64,000 nucleotides of DNA from an uncultured Spirochaetaceae bacterium (GCA_964588355.1 CAZPPB010000005.1:218-64217); one strand, 5' to 3'. Positions 1-12,322 are shown, numbered from the stretch's first letter. Notes: a model not told the origin generated them from the sequence alone. A program made the numbers and translations.

Positions 1-1567
1 GAAACCCAGTCCCCGTGGGAAGCGGCTCGAATCGCATTACCACGTGGCCGTACTGGCCCCGCCCTCCGCTCTGCCGGATAAACTTACCTTCCGCTTCAGC
101 GCTGGCGGCGATGGTTTCTCTGTAAGCCACCTCCGGTTTGCCGATCGTCGCCTCCACCTTGTATTCCCGCAATAACCGCGCCAACAGAATCTCCAGGTGC
201 AGTTCCCCCATTCCGGAAAGAATCGTCTGACCCGTTTCTCTGTCATAACGGATCCGGAAGGTCGGATCTTCGTCCAGGAGCTTCCGGATTGCGCTGCTCA
301 GGTCTGCAGCATCGGCTTTGGTCTTGGGCTCTATCGCGATGGAGACGACAGGCTCCGGAAACACCATCGACTCGAGCAGCACGGGATTGCCTTCCTCACA
401 GAGGGAGTCGCCGGTGTGAACTCGTTTCAAGCCCACCGCCGCTGCTATATCCCCTGCAACCACCTCGTCAATCTGCTCCCGATCGTTGGCATGCATCCTC
501 AGCAGCCTGTGCACCCGTTCTCGTCGGGCCGCCGTCGCGTTGTACACAGTGCCGCCCTTTTTCAGGGTTCCGCTGTACACCCGGAAGTACGCCAGCTTAC
601 CCACGTAGGGATCGCTCATGATCTTGAACACGAGTGCGGCAAAAGGCTGATCCGCTCTCGGAATCAGGTTTACGTAGTCCCCCGTGTTCGGCTGAATCGC
701 AGTCACTGCCGCTGTCTCTACCGGCGAGGGCAGATAATCCAAAACCGCATCTAGGAGAGTTTGAATCCCCTTGTTCTTGAAAGCCGCTCCGCAGAGTACC
801 GGAAATATCAACCCCGCGATTGTGGCGCTGCGCAACACCTGCTTGATTCGCTGCGCAGTGAGTTGCTTTCCCTCCAGATACTCTTCCAGAAAGCTGTCGT
901 CGGTTTCAGACAAGCGTTCCAGCAAGGCGGCTCGCATCTCCGCCGCTCGTTCAGCCAGAGCCTCAGGCGGCTCGGTCACACGGTAGCGTGCGCCCAGAAC
1001 ATCCTCATCCCAAAGATACGCCTTCAACTCTATAAGATCGATCACACCGAGAAAATCCGACTCTGCTCCGATGGGCAGCTGAACCGCAGTCGCGTTAGCT
1101 CCGAGACGCCGGTGAAGCTCCTCGATAACCCCTTCGAAACGGGCCCCGGCCCGATCCATTTTGTTGATGAAGACGATCCGCGGGATCTTGTAACGGCCCG
1201 CCTGTTTCCAGACCGTTTCACTCTGCGGCTCTACTCCCTTGACGGCGCAAAAAACGCCTATCACTCCATCTAATACTCTCAAAGATCGTTCAACCTCGGC
1301 CGTAAAATCCACATGACCGGGTGTATCTATTATATTGATCTGGCAATCCCTCCAGGAACAGAAGGTCGCGGCGGCGGTTATGGTTATACCCCGCTCCTTC
1401 TCGAGCTCCATCCAGTCCATCTCCGCCTCCCCCGCATGGACCTCACCCATCTTGTGGGTTCTGCCCGCGTAGTAGAGGATGCGCTCGGTCGTCGTTGTCT
1501 TCCCGGCGTCTATATGCGCCGTGATCCCGATATTGCGAATCCTCTCGAGCGGGAACGGAACGGACAT
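1..1567 (-). CDS. fusA: Elongation factor G, 3' end runs off the window (absent from the ORF track)
   Basis: Manual minus-strand translation from ATG 1567 gives [25 protein letters not shown]...ERGITIT...DTPGHVDF...NKMD. Near position 1 it reads [16 protein letters not shown] (EF-G domain IV). Follows rpsG. Confidence 0.95.
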   Translation of the reverse strand, partial: MSVPFPLERIRNIGITAHIDAGKTTTTERILYYAGRTHKMGEVHAGEAEMDWMELEKERGITITAAATFCSWRDCQINIIDTPGHVDFTAEVERSLRVLDGVIGVFCAVKGVEPQSETVWKQAGRYKIPRIVFINKMDRAGARFEGVIEELHRRLGANATAVQLPIGAESDFLGVIDLIELKAYLWDEDVLGARYRVTEPPEALAERAAEMRAALLERLSETDDSFLEEYLEGKQLTAQRIKQVLRSATIAGLIFPVLCGAAFKNKGIQTLLDAVLDYLPSPVETAAVTAIQPNTGDYVNLIPRADQPFAALVFKIMSDPYVGKLAYFRVYSGTLKKGGTVYNATAARRERVHRLLRMHANDREQIDEVVAGDIAAAVGLKRVHTGDSLCEEGNPVLLESMVFPEPVVSIAIEPKTKADAADLSSAIRKLLDEDPTFRIRYDRETGQTILSGMGELHLEILLARLLREYKVEATIGKPEVAYRETIAASAEAEGKFIRQSGGRGQYGHVVMRFEPLPTGTGF

Positions 1568-1616
1568 ACGCTCTGCGTCCCGGGATGCTCCTTTTAGAGC
1601 ATCACAGCCAGCCAGA

Positions 1617-2087
1617 TTACCAGCGGTAGTGGGCAAAGGCCTTATTTGCCTCTGCCATCCGGTGGGTATCTTCTTTTTTCTTGAAAGCAGCTCCTGTTTG
1701 ATTGAAGGCATCCATCAGCTCGGCGGCGAGCTTCTCGCTCATCGACGTTCCGTGCCGATCCCTGGAGTACTGGATGATCCAGCGCATCGCCAGAGCTTCC
1801 CGTCTGCTTTCACGGACCTCCACGGGAACCTGATAGGTCGAACCTCCGACCCTTCGCGACTTCACCTCGACCACCGGCTTTACATTTTCGAGGGCCTTCT
1901 CGAATACCTCAACGGGGTCCTTCCCCGCTTTTTTCTTGATGATATCCAACGCGTCATATACTATCCCGTAGCCGACCGATTTCTTCCCCCGAAGCATCAT
2001 ACGCACGACAATCCTGGAAATATTCATGTTGCCGTACTTCGGATCCGGCGGAATGGGCCTTTTGGGCGGTACTCTTCTCCTAGGCAT
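1617..2087 (-). CDS. rpsG: 30S ribosomal protein S7
   Basis: MPRRR...[11 protein letters not shown]...[15 protein letters not shown]; 156 aa from ATG 2087; str operon position. Confidence 0.98.
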   Translation of the reverse strand: MPRRRVPPKRPIPPDPKYGNMNISRIVVRMMLRGKKSVGYGIVYDALDIIKKKAGKDPVEVFEKALENVKPVVEVKSRRVGGSTYQVPVEVRESRREALAMRWIIQYSRDRHGTSMSEKLAAELMDAFNQTGAAFKKKEDTHRMAEANKAFAHYRW

Positions 2088-2100
2088 AGTCAGTTCCTCA

Positions 2101-2475
2101 TCAGACCTTGGGCCGCTTGGTTCCGTACTTGGACCGGGCCTTGCGCCGATCTTCCACACCCAGGGTATCCTTTGCCCCCCGGATGATGTGATAGCGCACA
2201 CCGGGCAGGTCTTTGACTCTGCCGCCCCGGACCAGCACCACCGAGTGCTCCTGCAAATTGTGACCGATTCCCGGAATGTAGGCGGTAACCTCGATCCCGT
2301 TGCTCAACCGAACCCTCGCCACCTTTCTCAGGGCCGAATTCGGCTTCTTCGGTGTAACTGTCATCACCCGGGTGCAAACGCCCCTCTTCTGCGGGCAGGA
2401 CTGCAGCGCCGGAGCCTTGTTCTTCTTGTGCACAGCTTGCCGGCCTTTGCGAACAAGCTGATTGATTGTCGGCAT
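2101..2475 (-). CDS. rpsL: 30S ribosomal protein S12
   Basis: [12 protein letters not shown]...[17 protein letters not shown]...[13 protein letters not shown]; AGGAGA SD upstream. Confidence 0.99.
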   Translation of the reverse strand: MPTINQLVRKGRQAVHKKNKAPALQSCPQKRGVCTRVMTVTPKKPNSALRKVARVRLSNGIEVTAYIPGIGHNLQEHSVVLVRGGRVKDLPGVRYHIIRGAKDTLGVEDRRKARSKYGTKRPKV

Positions 2476-2588
2476 CACATCTCTCCTATTATGCAATACA
2501 TCGCAATCTTCCTCTTCGGTTGCCATCGAAGATTGCGATCCGTGCTTAGACACACAACTCACCCGAAGCTTGAAAACAAGCGGGGGAG

Positions 2589-2617
2589 AATCTAACAATA
2601 CACACACAAAATGTCAA
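2589..2617 (-). promoter_or_regulatory. Sigma70-type promoter of rpsL-rpsG-fusA
   Basis: Minus strand TTGACA (2617-2612), 17 nt spacer, TAGATT (2594-2589). Confidence 0.75.
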
Positions 2618-2751
2618 CCCCTCGAGGAACTCCCCCAAGAGGTTGATCAAGGTGGTCTTATGTTCGCTGCTCAAACAGTCCTGCGCCAGATACTTCTTCT
2701 GGGCAGTGAGGCTGCACCATCAAAGGTGCCACTTCACCCTATGAACATAGC

Positions 2752-2788
2752 AAAAATGCTCGAAACAATCAAGCGATTTGTTTCGTGC
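2752..2788 (-). terminator. Probable intrinsic terminator after rpoC
   Basis: Imperfect hairpin CGAAACAAATC-GCTT-GATTGTTTCG just after the rpoC stop, followed by ATTTTT. Confidence 0.55.
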
Positions 2789-2791
2789 AGT

Positions 2792-5700
2792 TTACTCGGT
2801 TTCCTGGAGCATTGCGGCCAGCTCCTTTTCCCGTCGCTTCTCCTCGATGATACGGTTCACCTGCACGTCCAGATCTTCCATATTTTCATCGAGCAGCTTG
2901 ATATTGTTGTAGGCGCGAATCCCAGTACCGGCGGGTATCAAATGACCGATGATCACGTTCTCCTTCAATCCGTGCAGGTGATCCCGGCTTCCCTTTATGG
3001 AAGCGTTGGTCAGAACCCGGGTCGTCTCCTGAAAGGAGGCCGCCGAAATAAAGCTGTCGATGTTCAATGAAGCCTTGGTGATTCCCAGCAGCAGCGGCCG
3101 GGCAATGGCCGGCTGTCCACCTTCGCGGATCACCTTTCTGTTTTCCTGGTTGAATTTGTACCTGTCGATCTGCTGGCCAAAGATGAAGTTCGTATCTCCA
3201 ACCTGTATGATTTCGATCTTCTTCATCATCTGACGGATAATCACACCGATGTGCTTGTCATTGATATTCACCCCCTGCAGTCGATACACCTCCTGGATCT
3301 CATTCACAAGATAGCTCTGCAGGGCCTGCTCACCGAGGATCTGCAAGACATCGTGGGGGTCGATGTTTCCGTCGCACAGCTGCTCCCCCGCTTCCACGTG
3401 ATCACCATCCCGAACCAACAGGTGCTTGCCCATCGGCACGAGGTGCTTGAACTCCTTCCCGTATGGATCCGCGACCACGATAACCCGTTTGCCCTTGAGC
3501 AGTCCCCGGAAACTGACGATTCCGCTGACCTTGGTCAGTACCGTCGGATTCTTCGGCTTTCTGGCCTCGAAAAGCTCGCCCACCCGGGGAAGTCCGCCGG
3601 TGATGTCCCTGGTCTTGACGCTCTCCCGTGGGAGTTTGGCCAGTATTCGCCCGGGATTTATCTGCTCCCCGTCGGCTATGTTGAGGTAGGCACTGCCGGG
3701 CAGGTGGTAAGTGGCCGCGATTTCACCGCTGTCGTCGTGAATCACGATTCTCGGCTGGAGTGTTTCCACCGTGTAATCGGTGATCTTCTTCTCGATCTTG
3801 CCCGTATCCTCGTTGATCTCTTCTTTCAGGGTCGTACCGAGCACGATATCCTCGAAGACCGCCGTTCCCGCAGTTTCCGCGATGATCGGTTCGCTGAAGG
3901 GATCGAAGTAGGCGATCGGCTCTTCCGCAGCAAGGATCTGCCCCTCCTTGACCATCAATTCCGACCCATTTCGGATGTCCACTCTCTGAGGCTGGGCGAT
4001 CAGCAGCAGGATGGTTTTGGTGCGATGGACATAGGCGATCTCCTCCGCGATGATCTTCTCTCCCTTTCGCTGCACGACCACCTCGCCCTTCAGCACTTTC
4101 TGGCCGTCCTTGACCATGACCCGGTCGCCGGTTTTGAGCTCGACGGTTCGAAGAATCCTGTGCACCATGATATAGCCCTTGCGGGTGAACAGCAGGTTGC
4201 CGCTCTTAATCGGGACCGTGTTGCCGATAATGCTTTCCACCAGGATGGGATATCTCAGATAGATCCTACTCTCCTCGCTGATCTTCGTAGCGGCTCCGCC
4301 GATGTGGAAGGTCCGCATGGTGAGCTGCGTTCCGGGTTGGCCGATAGACTGGGCTGCGATGATGCCCACGGCCTCTCCGATGTTCACGGTCCGATTGGAA
4401 GCCAGGTTGCGGCCGTAGCACTTCACACACACACCGTGCTGGGCTTCACAGGTCAACACGGTGCGGATCCGCACGTGCTCGATCCCGGCGGCTTCTATCT
4501 GATCGGCGATCTCGTCGGTGATCTCCTGGTTCACATCGATGATAATCTCACCGGTTATCGGGTGACGCACCCGCTCCAGAGTAAAACGCCCGGCAATTCG
4601 ATCGCGGAGGGATTCGACGATCTCCTCGCCGTCCTTGATGGCCCGCCTATCCAGGCCGTTGATGGTGCCGCAATCCTCGTCGTTCACCACCACATCCTGA
4701 GCGATATCCACCAGCCTGCGGGTCAGATAACCGGCATCGGCGGTTTTCAGCGCCGTATCCGCCAACCCTTTGCGCGCTCCATTGGTGGATATGAAGAACT
4801 CGATGACCGAGAGCCCCTCCTTGAAGTTGGAGCGAATCGGCAGCTCGATAATTTCACCGGAAGGCTTGGCCATCAGTCCCCGCATACCCCCCAGCTGGCG
4901 GATCTGGCTGCGGGAACCGCGGGCACCGGAGTAGGCCATCATATGAACCGGATTGAATCCATCCCGGTCGCTTGCCAGGTCGTTCATCAGCTCCTTGGTA
5001 ATGTCTTCGTTCGTCCTGCTCCATTCCTCCACAACCCGGTTGTAGCGCTCTTCATTGGTGATATGGCCCTGGAGGTACTGGTTCTGGATCTCTTCCACCT
5101 GCGAGTTGGCCTTGGTGATCAGTTCCTTCTTGGTTTCCGGGATGATGATGTCTTCCATGCCGATGGTCGCGCCGAAGCGGGTAGCATAGCGAAATCCCAT
5201 ATCCTTGATCGTATCGAGCATATTTACGGTTACATCCGAGTCGTACTCCTTGTAACAGAGAGCGATGAGGTTGCGCAGCTCCTTCTCCCCCAAGGCCTGG
5301 TTGATGAAGCCGATCTCCGGAGGGAGCTCTTCGTTGAGGATGATCCGCCCCGGTGTAGTCTCGATGTACTCACCGTCGGTCTTGACCTTGATCAGTGCCT
5401 GATAGTCCACAGATCGGGCATCGATGGCCATCAGGACCTCCCCGATACCGCTGAAATGCTTGCCCTCGCCCTTGGCTCCCGGCTTTGCCCTGGTCAGGTA
5501 GTTGATTCCCAGCACCATATCCTGGGTGGGAATTACGATAGGATTGCCATTGGCCGGATTGAGAAGGTTTCTGGAGGACAGCATCAGGGTCCAGCATTCG
5601 ATCTGAGCGGCCGGAGTGAGGGGAACGTGGACGGCCATCTGATCGCCGTCGAAGTCCGCGTTGAAGGCATGGCAGACGAGGGGATGCAGCTTGATGGCCT

Positions 5701-7000
5701 TTCCCTCCACCAGGACCGGCTCGAAAGCCTGAATACCAAGTCGATGCAGGGTCGGAGCGCGGTTCAGCAGCACGGGGTGTTCGGTGACCACCTCGTCCAG
5801 CACGGCCCAAACCTCCGGGGTCTCCATCTCCACCAGGGTCTTTGCCTTCTTGATATTGTAGACAACGTCCTTTTCCACCAGCTTGCGCATGATGAAGGGT
5901 TTGTACAGCTCCAGGGCCATTTTCGTGGGCAGCCCGCACTGGTGCAGCTTGAGCTCCGGGCCCACGACGATCACCGATCGGCCGGAGTAGTCGACCCGCT
6001 TGCCCAGGAGGTTCTGGCGAAAGCGCCCCTGCTTGCCTTTCAGCATGTCCGAGAGGGATTTCAGAGGACGGTTGGCCGCTCCCTTCACGACCCGTTTCTT
6101 CTTTGAGTTGTCGAACAGAGCGTCCACGGCTTCCTGGAGCATTCGTTTTTCATTGCGGATGATGATATCCGGAGCGTGCAGCGCCAACAGGCGTTTCAGC
6201 CGGTTGTTTCTGTTGATCACCCGGCGATACAGATCGTTCAGATCCGAGGTCGCAAAACGCCCGCCGTCCAGCTGTACCATGGGCCGGAGCTCCGGCGGAA
6301 TAACGGGGATGACATCGAGGATCATCCATTCCGGACGGTTTCCCGAATCCCGGAACTGCTCGACGATTTCGATGCGTTTGAGCAGCCGTTTGTCGCTCTT
6401 GCGGCCCTTCTCCTGCATTTTGACCCGCAGCTCTGCGGACAGGCCGTCCAGGTCGAGGGTCTCCAGGAGGGTCCGGATCGCCTCGGCGCCGATCCCGGCG
6501 GAGAAGGCCATACCGTAGCGCTCCTGCGCCTCCAGGTACTCTTCCTCTGTGAGCAGCTGCATCTTCTTCAAATCCGTATCACCGGGATCGATGACGATGT
6601 ACTTCTCGTAGTAGAGGATCGAACGCAGGGCCACGATCGCCAGGTCCAGGAGCAATCCCATCCGGGAGGGCACGGAGCGATAGTACCAGATGTGAGAGAC
6701 CGGGGAGGCCAGCTCGATGTGGCCCATCCTCTCGCGGCGCACTCGGAAGTGGGTTACCTCTACGCCGCAGCGGTCGCAGATCACACCCTTGTAGCGGATC
6801 GACTTGAACTTGCCGCAGTAGCACTCCCACTCCTTGGTGGTTCCGAAGATTCGCTCACAGAACAAGCCGTCTTTCTCGGGCCGCAGTGTTCTGTAGTTGA
6901 TCGTTTCCGGTTTTTTGACCTCACCGTAGGACCAGGCACGTATCTGATCCGGAGAGGCCAGCTTGATCATAATACTATCGAAATCCTGCATCTCTCTCAT
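2792..7000 (-). CDS. rpoC: RNA polymerase beta' subunit
   Basis: 1402 aa; NADFDGD catalytic motif, N-terminal Zn finger, [16 protein letters not shown]. Confidence 0.99.
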   Translation of the reverse strand: MREMQDFDSIMIKLASPDQIRAWSYGEVKKPETINYRTLRPEKDGLFCERIFGTTKEWECYCGKFKSIRYKGVICDRCGVEVTHFRVRRERMGHIELASPVSHIWYYRSVPSRMGLLLDLAIVALRSILYYEKYIVIDPGDTDLKKMQLLTEEEYLEAQERYGMAFSAGIGAEAIRTLLETLDLDGLSAELRVKMQEKGRKSDKRLLKRIEIVEQFRDSGNRPEWMILDVIPVIPPELRPMVQLDGGRFATSDLNDLYRRVINRNNRLKRLLALHAPDIIIRNEKRMLQEAVDALFDNSKKKRVVKGAANRPLKSLSDMLKGKQGRFRQNLLGKRVDYSGRSVIVVGPELKLHQCGLPTKMALELYKPFIMRKLVEKDVVYNIKKAKTLVEMETPEVWAVLDEVVTEHPVLLNRAPTLHRLGIQAFEPVLVEGKAIKLHPLVCHAFNADFDGDQMAVHVPLTPAAQIECWTLMLSSRNLLNPANGNPIVIPTQDMVLGINYLTRAKPGAKGEGKHFSGIGEVLMAIDARSVDYQALIKVKTDGEYIETTPGRIILNEELPPEIGFINQALGEKELRNLIALCYKEYDSDVTVNMLDTIKDMGFRYATRFGATIGMEDIIIPETKKELITKANSQVEEIQNQYLQGHITNEERYNRVVEEWSRTNEDITKELMNDLASDRDGFNPVHMMAYSGARGSRSQIRQLGGMRGLMAKPSGEIIELPIRSNFKEGLSVIEFFISTNGARKGLADTALKTADAGYLTRRLVDIAQDVVVNDEDCGTINGLDRRAIKDGEEIVESLRDRIAGRFTLERVRHPITGEIIIDVNQEITDEIADQIEAAGIEHVRIRTVLTCEAQHGVCVKCYGRNLASNRTVNIGEAVGIIAAQSIGQPGTQLTMRTFHIGGAATKISEESRIYLRYPILVESIIGNTVPIKSGNLLFTRKGYIMVHRILRTVELKTGDRVMVKDGQKVLKGEVVVQRKGEKIIAEEIAYVHRTKTILLLIAQPQRVDIRNGSELMVKEGQILAAEEPIAYFDPFSEPIIAETAGTAVFEDIVLGTTLKEEINEDTGKIEKKITDYTVETLQPRIVIHDDSGEIAATYHLPGSAYLNIADGEQINPGRILAKLPRESVKTRDITGGLPRVGELFEARKPKNPTVLTKVSGIVSFRGLLKGKRVIVVADPYGKEFKHLVPMGKHLLVRDGDHVEAGEQLCDGNIDPHDVLQILGEQALQSYLVNEIQEVYRLQGVNINDKHIGVIIRQMMKKIEIIQVGDTNFIFGQQIDRYKFNQENRKVIREGGQPAIARPLLLGITKASLNIDSFISAASFQETTRVLTNASIKGSRDHLHGLKENVIIGHLIPAGTGIRAYNNIKLLDENMEDLDVQVNRIIEEKRREKELAAMLQETE

Positions 7001-7060
7001 TATAAATGTCCCTCCCTAGATCCGATCTCCGATCGGTTGACAATAAAAAAATTACGTCAA

Positions 7061-10000
7061 TTAGAATCGGCTTCCCTGCCGATTAATAAGCTCCTCATCT
7101 CTCTCCGTCAATGCGATCTGCTTGCCCTTGTTGTCGTAGATGGACACATCCAGGGCCAATCCCCGCAGCTCCTGCACCAGGACATTGAAGGACTCGGGGA
7201 TGCCGGCCTGGGTGAAGGATTCGTTCTTCACGATGCTCTCGTAGATCTTGGCCCGCCCCGACATGTCATCACTCTTGATCGTCAGAAGCTCCTGCAGGGT
7301 GTTGGCCGCTCCGTAGGCTTCCAGGGCCCACACCTCCATCTCCCCGAGGCGCTGTCCGCCGAACTGGGCCTTTCCGCCCAGGGGCTGCTGGGTCACCAGG
7401 GAGTAGGGTCCGGTGGAACGGGCGTGCATCTTGTCGTCGACCAGGTGGTGCAGTTTCATCATGTAGATGTAGCCCACGGTGACCGGGTTTTCGAAAGGTT
7501 CCCCGGTCTGGCCGTCGAACAGAGTGACCTTGGAGTTTACCGGCAGCTCGGCTGCCTTGAGCTTCTCTTCGATCATCTCGTTGGAGGCGGATTCGAACAC
7601 CGGGGTGGCGTACCACTCTCCCAGCTTGTATCCCGCCCAGCCCAGCTCCGTCTCCATGATCTGACCCAGGTTCATACGCGAAGGCACGCCCAGCGGATTC
7701 AGCACCAGATCCACAGGAGTGCCGTCCTCCATGAAGGGCATGTCCTCTTCCGGCAGCACCCTGGCAATTACTCCCTTGTTGCCGTGGCGCCCGGCCATCT
7801 TGTCTCCCTCCTGGAGCTTGCGCTTGGTGGCGATGAGGATCTTATCCACCTCCTCGACTCCGGGATTCAGTTCGTCGCCCTCGGCACGTTTCAACCGCTG
7901 CACGTCGATCACCGTGCCCTCGATGCCGTGGGGCACCCTGAGAGAGGTGTCCCGGACATCTTTGGCTTTCTCCCCGAATATCGAGTTCAACAACTTGAAC
8001 TCAGGGGTCGAATCGGTCTCGCTCTTCGGTGTGACCTTTCCCACCAGGATCGAGCCGGATTTCACCTCCGCGCCGATGCGGATGATGCCCTCTTCATCCA
8101 GGTGCTCCAGAGAGTTGTCGCTGGCGTTGGGAATGTCTCGGGTGATCTTCTCCGGTCCCAGCTTGGTCTCCCGAACCTCGATGGAAAACTCCTTGATGTG
8201 TATCGAGGTATATCGGTCCTCACGAACCAGTTTCTCTGAAATCAGAATCGCATCCTCATAGTTGTAGCCGTTCCAGGGCATGAAGGCCACCAGGACGTTG
8301 ACCCCAAGGGCCAGCTCTCCATTGTATGTGGCCGGACCGTCGGCGATCACTTCCCGCTCGTTGACTTTCTGGCCGGGAGCGACGATGGGTTTCTGGCTGA
8401 AACAGGTATCCTGGTTGGTTCGTTGGAACTTGATCATCGGATAGACATCCAGCTCATCCGCCTTGCCCTTTTCCGGCTTGATCACGATCTTTTCGGAGGT
8501 TACATACTCAACCTGTCCTGCCCGCTGTGCAGCCACGGCCACCCCCGAATCGAAGGCGGTCTTCCGCTCCATCCCCGTCCCTACCCGGGGCGGTTCGGGG
8601 CGCAGCAGCGGCACGGCCTGCCGCTGCATGTTCGAGCCCATCAGAGCCCTGTTGGCGTCGTCGTGCTCGAGAAAGGGGATCAGAGAGGTGGAGACCGATA
8701 TGATTTGTTTGGGAGAAACATCCATGTATTGGATGTCTTTGGCTTTCCGGGTTATATAGTCCCCTCCCTTTCGAGCCGGAATCAGCTTCTCCTGGAACCT
8801 CCCCTTGTCATCGATCCTGCTGGTCGCCTGGGCGATGTAGTACTTCTCCTCGTCGATTGCCGACAGGTATTCGATTTCATCGGTCACCACCCCGCCTGCT
8901 ACCTTGCGGTACGGGGTTTCCAGGAAACCATACTCGTTGACCCGTGTGTAGTTGGCCAGCGAAACGATCAGTCCGATGTTGGGTCCTTCCGGGGTTTCGA
9001 TCGGACACATTCGTCCGTAGTGGGTGTAATGAACATCCCGAACCTCGAATCCAGCCCGGTCTCTGGAAAGCCCCCCCGGTCCGAGGGCGTTGAGCCTGCG
9101 TTTGTGGGTCAACTCGGCCAGGGGATTCACCTGGTCCATGAACTGGGAAAGCTGGCTGGATCCGAAAAATTCTTTGATAGTGGCTACGATCGGTTTGATG
9201 GAGATCAGATCCTGCGGCCGGATGGTATCGGCTTCTTTGAGGCTCATCCGCTCTTTGGCGATACGCTCCATGCGGGTGAAGGCAACTTTCAGGTGATTGG
9301 TCAGCAGCTCACCGGCGGAACGAATTCTCCGGTTGCCGAGGTGATCGATATCATCTACGTTTCGCTCGCCGATGTACACCTGGGTGAGGAATATCACGGT
9401 GTTGATGATATCTTCGGGAATCAGGGTATGGGTCTTGTAAGGCTGCTCGTAATCGAACTTCTTGTTCAGCTTGTATCGACCGACCCGCCCCAGATCGTAT
9501 CGCCGCGGTGTGAAGAACATGTTCTGCAGATCCTTCTCCGCGCTCTCCAGTGTGATCGGCTCTCCCGGCTTGATCACTCCGTAAACCCGGCTGATGGCCT
9601 CTTCCTTGGTCGGCTCATCCTTTTCCGGGTCGTCTCGGGAGTAGATGACCTCCTCGCGCTCGAAACAGTTGAGGATGATCGGCGAATGAAGCGATTTTTC
9701 ATTTAGGAAGTCGATGACCTCGATCGAAGCGATTCCCGAATGGATCAACTCCTCCACATCGTGGGGATGGATCTTGTCTCCCGCCCGGTACAGCCTCTTG
9801 GTCTGCCCCTCTTCCTCGTGGAATACCGCGCGGGCAAACACCATTCCGAGGACCTTCTCCTTGTCTTCCCTGCTCTCGGAGATCTTCACGGTCTTGGTCT
9901 GGTAAAACAGATCGATGATCTTCTCCCGTGTATCGAATCCCAAAGCCCGCAGGAAAATCGTAGCCAGGATCTTCTTCTTCCTGTCGATCTTCGTATAGAC

Positions 10001-10552
10001 CAGTTCTTTCTTCTGATCGACCTCGAACTCCAGCCAGGAGCCGCGGTAGGGAATGATGCGGGAGGAGAAGACTCCCTTATCGTGGCTGAAGATCACCCCT
10101 GGGGAACGGTGGATCTGGCTTACGACCACCCGCTCGGCACCGTTTACTATGAACGTACCCCTGGGGGTCATAAGGGGGATATCCCCCATGTAGATCTCCT
10201 TCTGCCTGATTTCTCCGGTGTTGAGAAAGATCAGATTGATCTTGGCCTTGATGGGGATCGCGTAGGTCAGCCCCTTGTTCTTGCATTCCTGCTCGCTGAA
10301 TACCGCAGCCTCCTCATCGAGGGTATACCCGCCGTATTCCAGAACCATATCCCCGTTGGGACTCTCTATCGGGAAAATCGCCTGAAAAACATCTTCCAAT
10401 CCCTGTCGCTGTACGGATTTTCCCTCTCTGAGTTTTTCCCGCTGCAGGAATCGCTCGAACGACGAGAGCTGAATGTCGATCAGACTCGGCATTTCCATCG
10501 CCTCTTCCACACCCTGACCGATATAGACTCTCTTGATCATTTCAGGAACCAT
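7061..10552 (-). CDS. rpoB: RNA polymerase beta subunit
   Basis: 1163 aa; SQFMDQ..HKRR Rif region, [21 protein letters not shown]; GGAGG SD. Confidence 0.99.
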   Translation of the reverse strand: MVPEMIKRVYIGQGVEEAMEMPSLIDIQLSSFERFLQREKLREGKSVQRQGLEDVFQAIFPIESPNGDMVLEYGGYTLDEEAAVFSEQECKNKGLTYAIPIKAKINLIFLNTGEIRQKEIYMGDIPLMTPRGTFIVNGAERVVVSQIHRSPGVIFSHDKGVFSSRIIPYRGSWLEFEVDQKKELVYTKIDRKKKILATIFLRALGFDTREKIIDLFYQTKTVKISESREDKEKVLGMVFARAVFHEEEGQTKRLYRAGDKIHPHDVEELIHSGIASIEVIDFLNEKSLHSPIILNCFEREEVIYSRDDPEKDEPTKEEAISRVYGVIKPGEPITLESAEKDLQNMFFTPRRYDLGRVGRYKLNKKFDYEQPYKTHTLIPEDIINTVIFLTQVYIGERNVDDIDHLGNRRIRSAGELLTNHLKVAFTRMERIAKERMSLKEADTIRPQDLISIKPIVATIKEFFGSSQLSQFMDQVNPLAELTHKRRLNALGPGGLSRDRAGFEVRDVHYTHYGRMCPIETPEGPNIGLIVSLANYTRVNEYGFLETPYRKVAGGVVTDEIEYLSAIDEEKYYIAQATSRIDDKGRFQEKLIPARKGGDYITRKAKDIQYMDVSPKQIISVSTSLIPFLEHDDANRALMGSNMQRQAVPLLRPEPPRVGTGMERKTAFDSGVAVAAQRAGQVEYVTSEKIVIKPEKGKADELDVYPMIKFQRTNQDTCFSQKPIVAPGQKVNEREVIADGPATYNGELALGVNVLVAFMPWNGYNYEDAILISEKLVREDRYTSIHIKEFSIEVRETKLGPEKITRDIPNASDNSLEHLDEEGIIRIGAEVKSGSILVGKVTPKSETDSTPEFKLLNSIFGEKAKDVRDTSLRVPHGIEGTVIDVQRLKRAEGDELNPGVEEVDKILIATKRKLQEGDKMAGRHGNKGVIARVLPEEDMPFMEDGTPVDLVLNPLGVPSRMNLGQIMETELGWAGYKLGEWYATPVFESASNEMIEEKLKAAELPVNSKVTLFDGQTGEPFENPVTVGYIYMMKLHHLVDDKMHARSTGPYSLVTQQPLGGKAQFGGQRLGEMEVWALEAYGAANTLQELLTIKSDDMSGRAKIYESIVKNESFTQAGIPESFNVLVQELRGLALDVSIYDNKGKQIALTERDEELINRQGSRF

Positions 10553-10581
10553 GTGCCCTCCCGTGAGCTGTTAGTGGACGA

Positions 10582-10618
10582 CGATACCACCGGCGGAAGG
10601 TATCCTCCGGTGGTATCG
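10582..10618 (-). promoter_or_regulatory. rplL-rpoB intercistronic stem-loop (attenuator/processing-site-like)
   Basis: Perfect 12-bp inverted repeat CGATACCACCGG...CCGGTGGTATCG with no U-tract. An attenuator at this junction is known in other bacteria. Confidence 0.5.
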
Positions 10619-10648
10619 AGTTTGTGGGGTTGTGGTGCAAAGTTACGA

Positions 10649-11038
10649 TTATGTAACCTCAACCGTAGCGCCGGCTGACTCCAGCCGCTCTTTGATTTTT
10701 TGAGACTCTTCTTTGCTGATGGCCTCTTTCACAGCCTTGTCACCAGCTTCGACGAGCTCTTTCGCTTCTTTGAGTCCGAGACCGGTTATGGCCCGGACCT
10801 CCTTGATTACGGGGATTTTCTTCCCGTCCTCGAAGCTCTTCAGTACGACGGTGAACTCGGTCTGCTCCTCCGCCGCAGCGGCTTCCCCGCCCCCGGCTGC
10901 AGGAGCCGCGGCTACCGCTACCGGAGCGGCGGCAGTTACACCGAACTTCTCTTCCATCGCCTTTACCAACTCCGAAATCTCGAGCACCGTTTTATTGGCG
11001 ATTGCCTCGAGAATCTCATCGTTCGTCAGTGTTGCCAT
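10649..11038 (-). CDS. rplL: 50S ribosomal protein L7/L12
   Basis: [13 protein letters not shown]...[24 protein letters not shown]. Confidence 0.99.
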   Translation of the reverse strand: MATLTNDEILEAIANKTVLEISELVKAMEEKFGVTAAAPVAVAAAPAAGGGEAAAAEEQTEFTVVLKSFEDGKKIPVIKEVRAITGLGLKEAKELVEAGDKAVKEAISKEESQKIKERLESAGATVEVT

Positions 11039-11101
11039 TTATCTTCTCCTTGTTTTGTTATGCAGCAATAGCTGGAACACATTCAAAGACTAATGCTGCT
11101 T

Positions 11102-11638
11102 CTATTGCTTGTCTTTGCTCTCGGCCACGGCCTGAAGGGTGCGCACCAGTTTGGTGACGATCCCATTCATGGCGTATACCAGGTTCGTCATCGGGGCGCT
11201 CATCGTACCCATCAAAATGGCGTACAGATCGTTTCTGCTCGGGAGCTTGCTGATAGCCTCCACCTCGCCGGAGGAGACCACTTTGCCCTCGACCAAACCG
11301 CCCTTTATCTTCAGGGTGGAATCCCTGGTGAAGTCGAACAGCACCTTGGCGATCGGACTGATGTCAGCCTTGGCCAGAGCCAGAGCCGTGGGATCGATCA
11401 GGAAATCCTCCTCGAAGGGAAATCCCAGCTCGCCCAGAGCCAGGCGGGCGTAACTGTTCTTCACCACCCGGTACTCGGCTTCCTTTTCCTGCAGGGTTCG
11501 GCGCAGCTCGGTGATCTGAGAGACATTGAGACCGCGGAAATCAGTGAAGATCACATCTTGAGAGCTTTCGATCAGTTCCTTGATCTTGCGGATACCTTCG
11601 GTCTTGTACGGCTGTATCTTCTGAGTTTTCTCTGCCAT
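11102..11638 (-). CDS. rplJ: 50S ribosomal protein L10
   Basis: DFRGLNVSQITELRR...VVKNS...KLPSR; lies between rplA and rplL. Confidence 0.97.
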   Translation of the reverse strand: MAEKTQKIQPYKTEGIRKIKELIESSQDVIFTDFRGLNVSQITELRRTLQEKEAEYRVVKNSYARLALGELGFPFEEDFLIDPTALALAKADISPIAKVLFDFTRDSTLKIKGGLVEGKVVSSGEVEAISKLPSRNDLYAILMGTMSAPMTNLVYAMNGIVTKLVRTLQAVAESKDKQ

Positions 11639-11641
11639 CGC

Positions 11642-12322
11642 TTATGCCTTTTCCTTGGGATTCACCATAATCCCCGGTCCCATGGTGGAGGACACGGCGA
11701 TCGATTTGATGAACTCCCCTTTTATATCCGCGGGTTTTTTCCGCTGCACCTCGTCGATGAGAAGCCGGGCATTCTCGGCGATTTTCTCCTTGTCCATGGA
11801 AACCTTTCCAATGGGCAGGTGGATAACCCCGGTTTTGTCCCCTCGAAACTCAACCCGCCCCTTCTTCACCTCTTCGATCGCCTCTTTGATATCAAAGGTA
11901 ACGGTCTTGGTCTTGGGATTGGGCATCATACCCCGGCGCCCGAGAATCGGTCCGAGCTTGCCGACGTCCTTCATCATGTCCGGTGTGGCCACTGCCACGT
12001 CGAAATCGAGCCATCCGCCCTGGATCTTTTCAACAAGGTCCGCATCGCCGACGAACGCGGCTCCGGCCTCTTTCGCCTCATCCGCCTTCTCTCCCTTGGC
12101 AAAGACCAGGATCTTCTTCTCCGCCCGGAAGCTGTTGGGCAGCACTAGAGTGTCGCGAATCGAATGTTTGGCCTTTACGTTGAGCTTGAGAGCTATCTCC
12201 ACAGTTTCGTCGAACTTGGCATACGCCAGTTCCTTGACCAGATCCAAGGCCCGGTCCAGGTTGTACTGTTCGGTGACGTCGTACTTTTCCAGTGTCTGCT
12301 GGTACTTCTTTCCCTTCTTCAT
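11642..12322 (-). CDS. rplA: 50S ribosomal protein L1
   Basis: AKFDETVE...ATPDMM...LGRRGMMPNPK...SSTMGPG. Confidence 0.99.
   Translation of the reverse strand: MKKGKKYQQTLEKYDVTEQYNLDRALDLVKELAYAKFDETVEIALKLNVKAKHSIRDTLVLPNSFRAEKKILVFAKGEKADEAKEAGAAFVGDADLVEKIQGGWLDFDVAVATPDMMKDVGKLGPILGRRGMMPNPKTKTVTFDIKEAIEEVKKGRVEFRGDKTGVIHLPIGKVSMDKEKIAENARLLIDEVQRKKPADIKGEFIKSIAVSSTMGPGIMVNPKEKA

Noticed and set aside
197-1597. Plus-strand ORFs of 94-185 aa at the window start
   Set aside because: They are antisense to fusA, which the track missed because its stop codon lies outside the window.
7001-7060. TTGAC-N14-GTCAA inverted repeat and small hairpin between rpoB and rpoC
   Set aside because: Short and AT-rich, so it could arise by chance; no supporting context.
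3251-10678. Very long plus-strand ORFs (951, 687, 427 aa and others) opposite rpoC/rpoB
   Set aside because: Antisense shadows of highly conserved GC-rich genes; no motifs or SD. The same applies to those opposite recG, dnaE, hom, ligA and the ABC genes.
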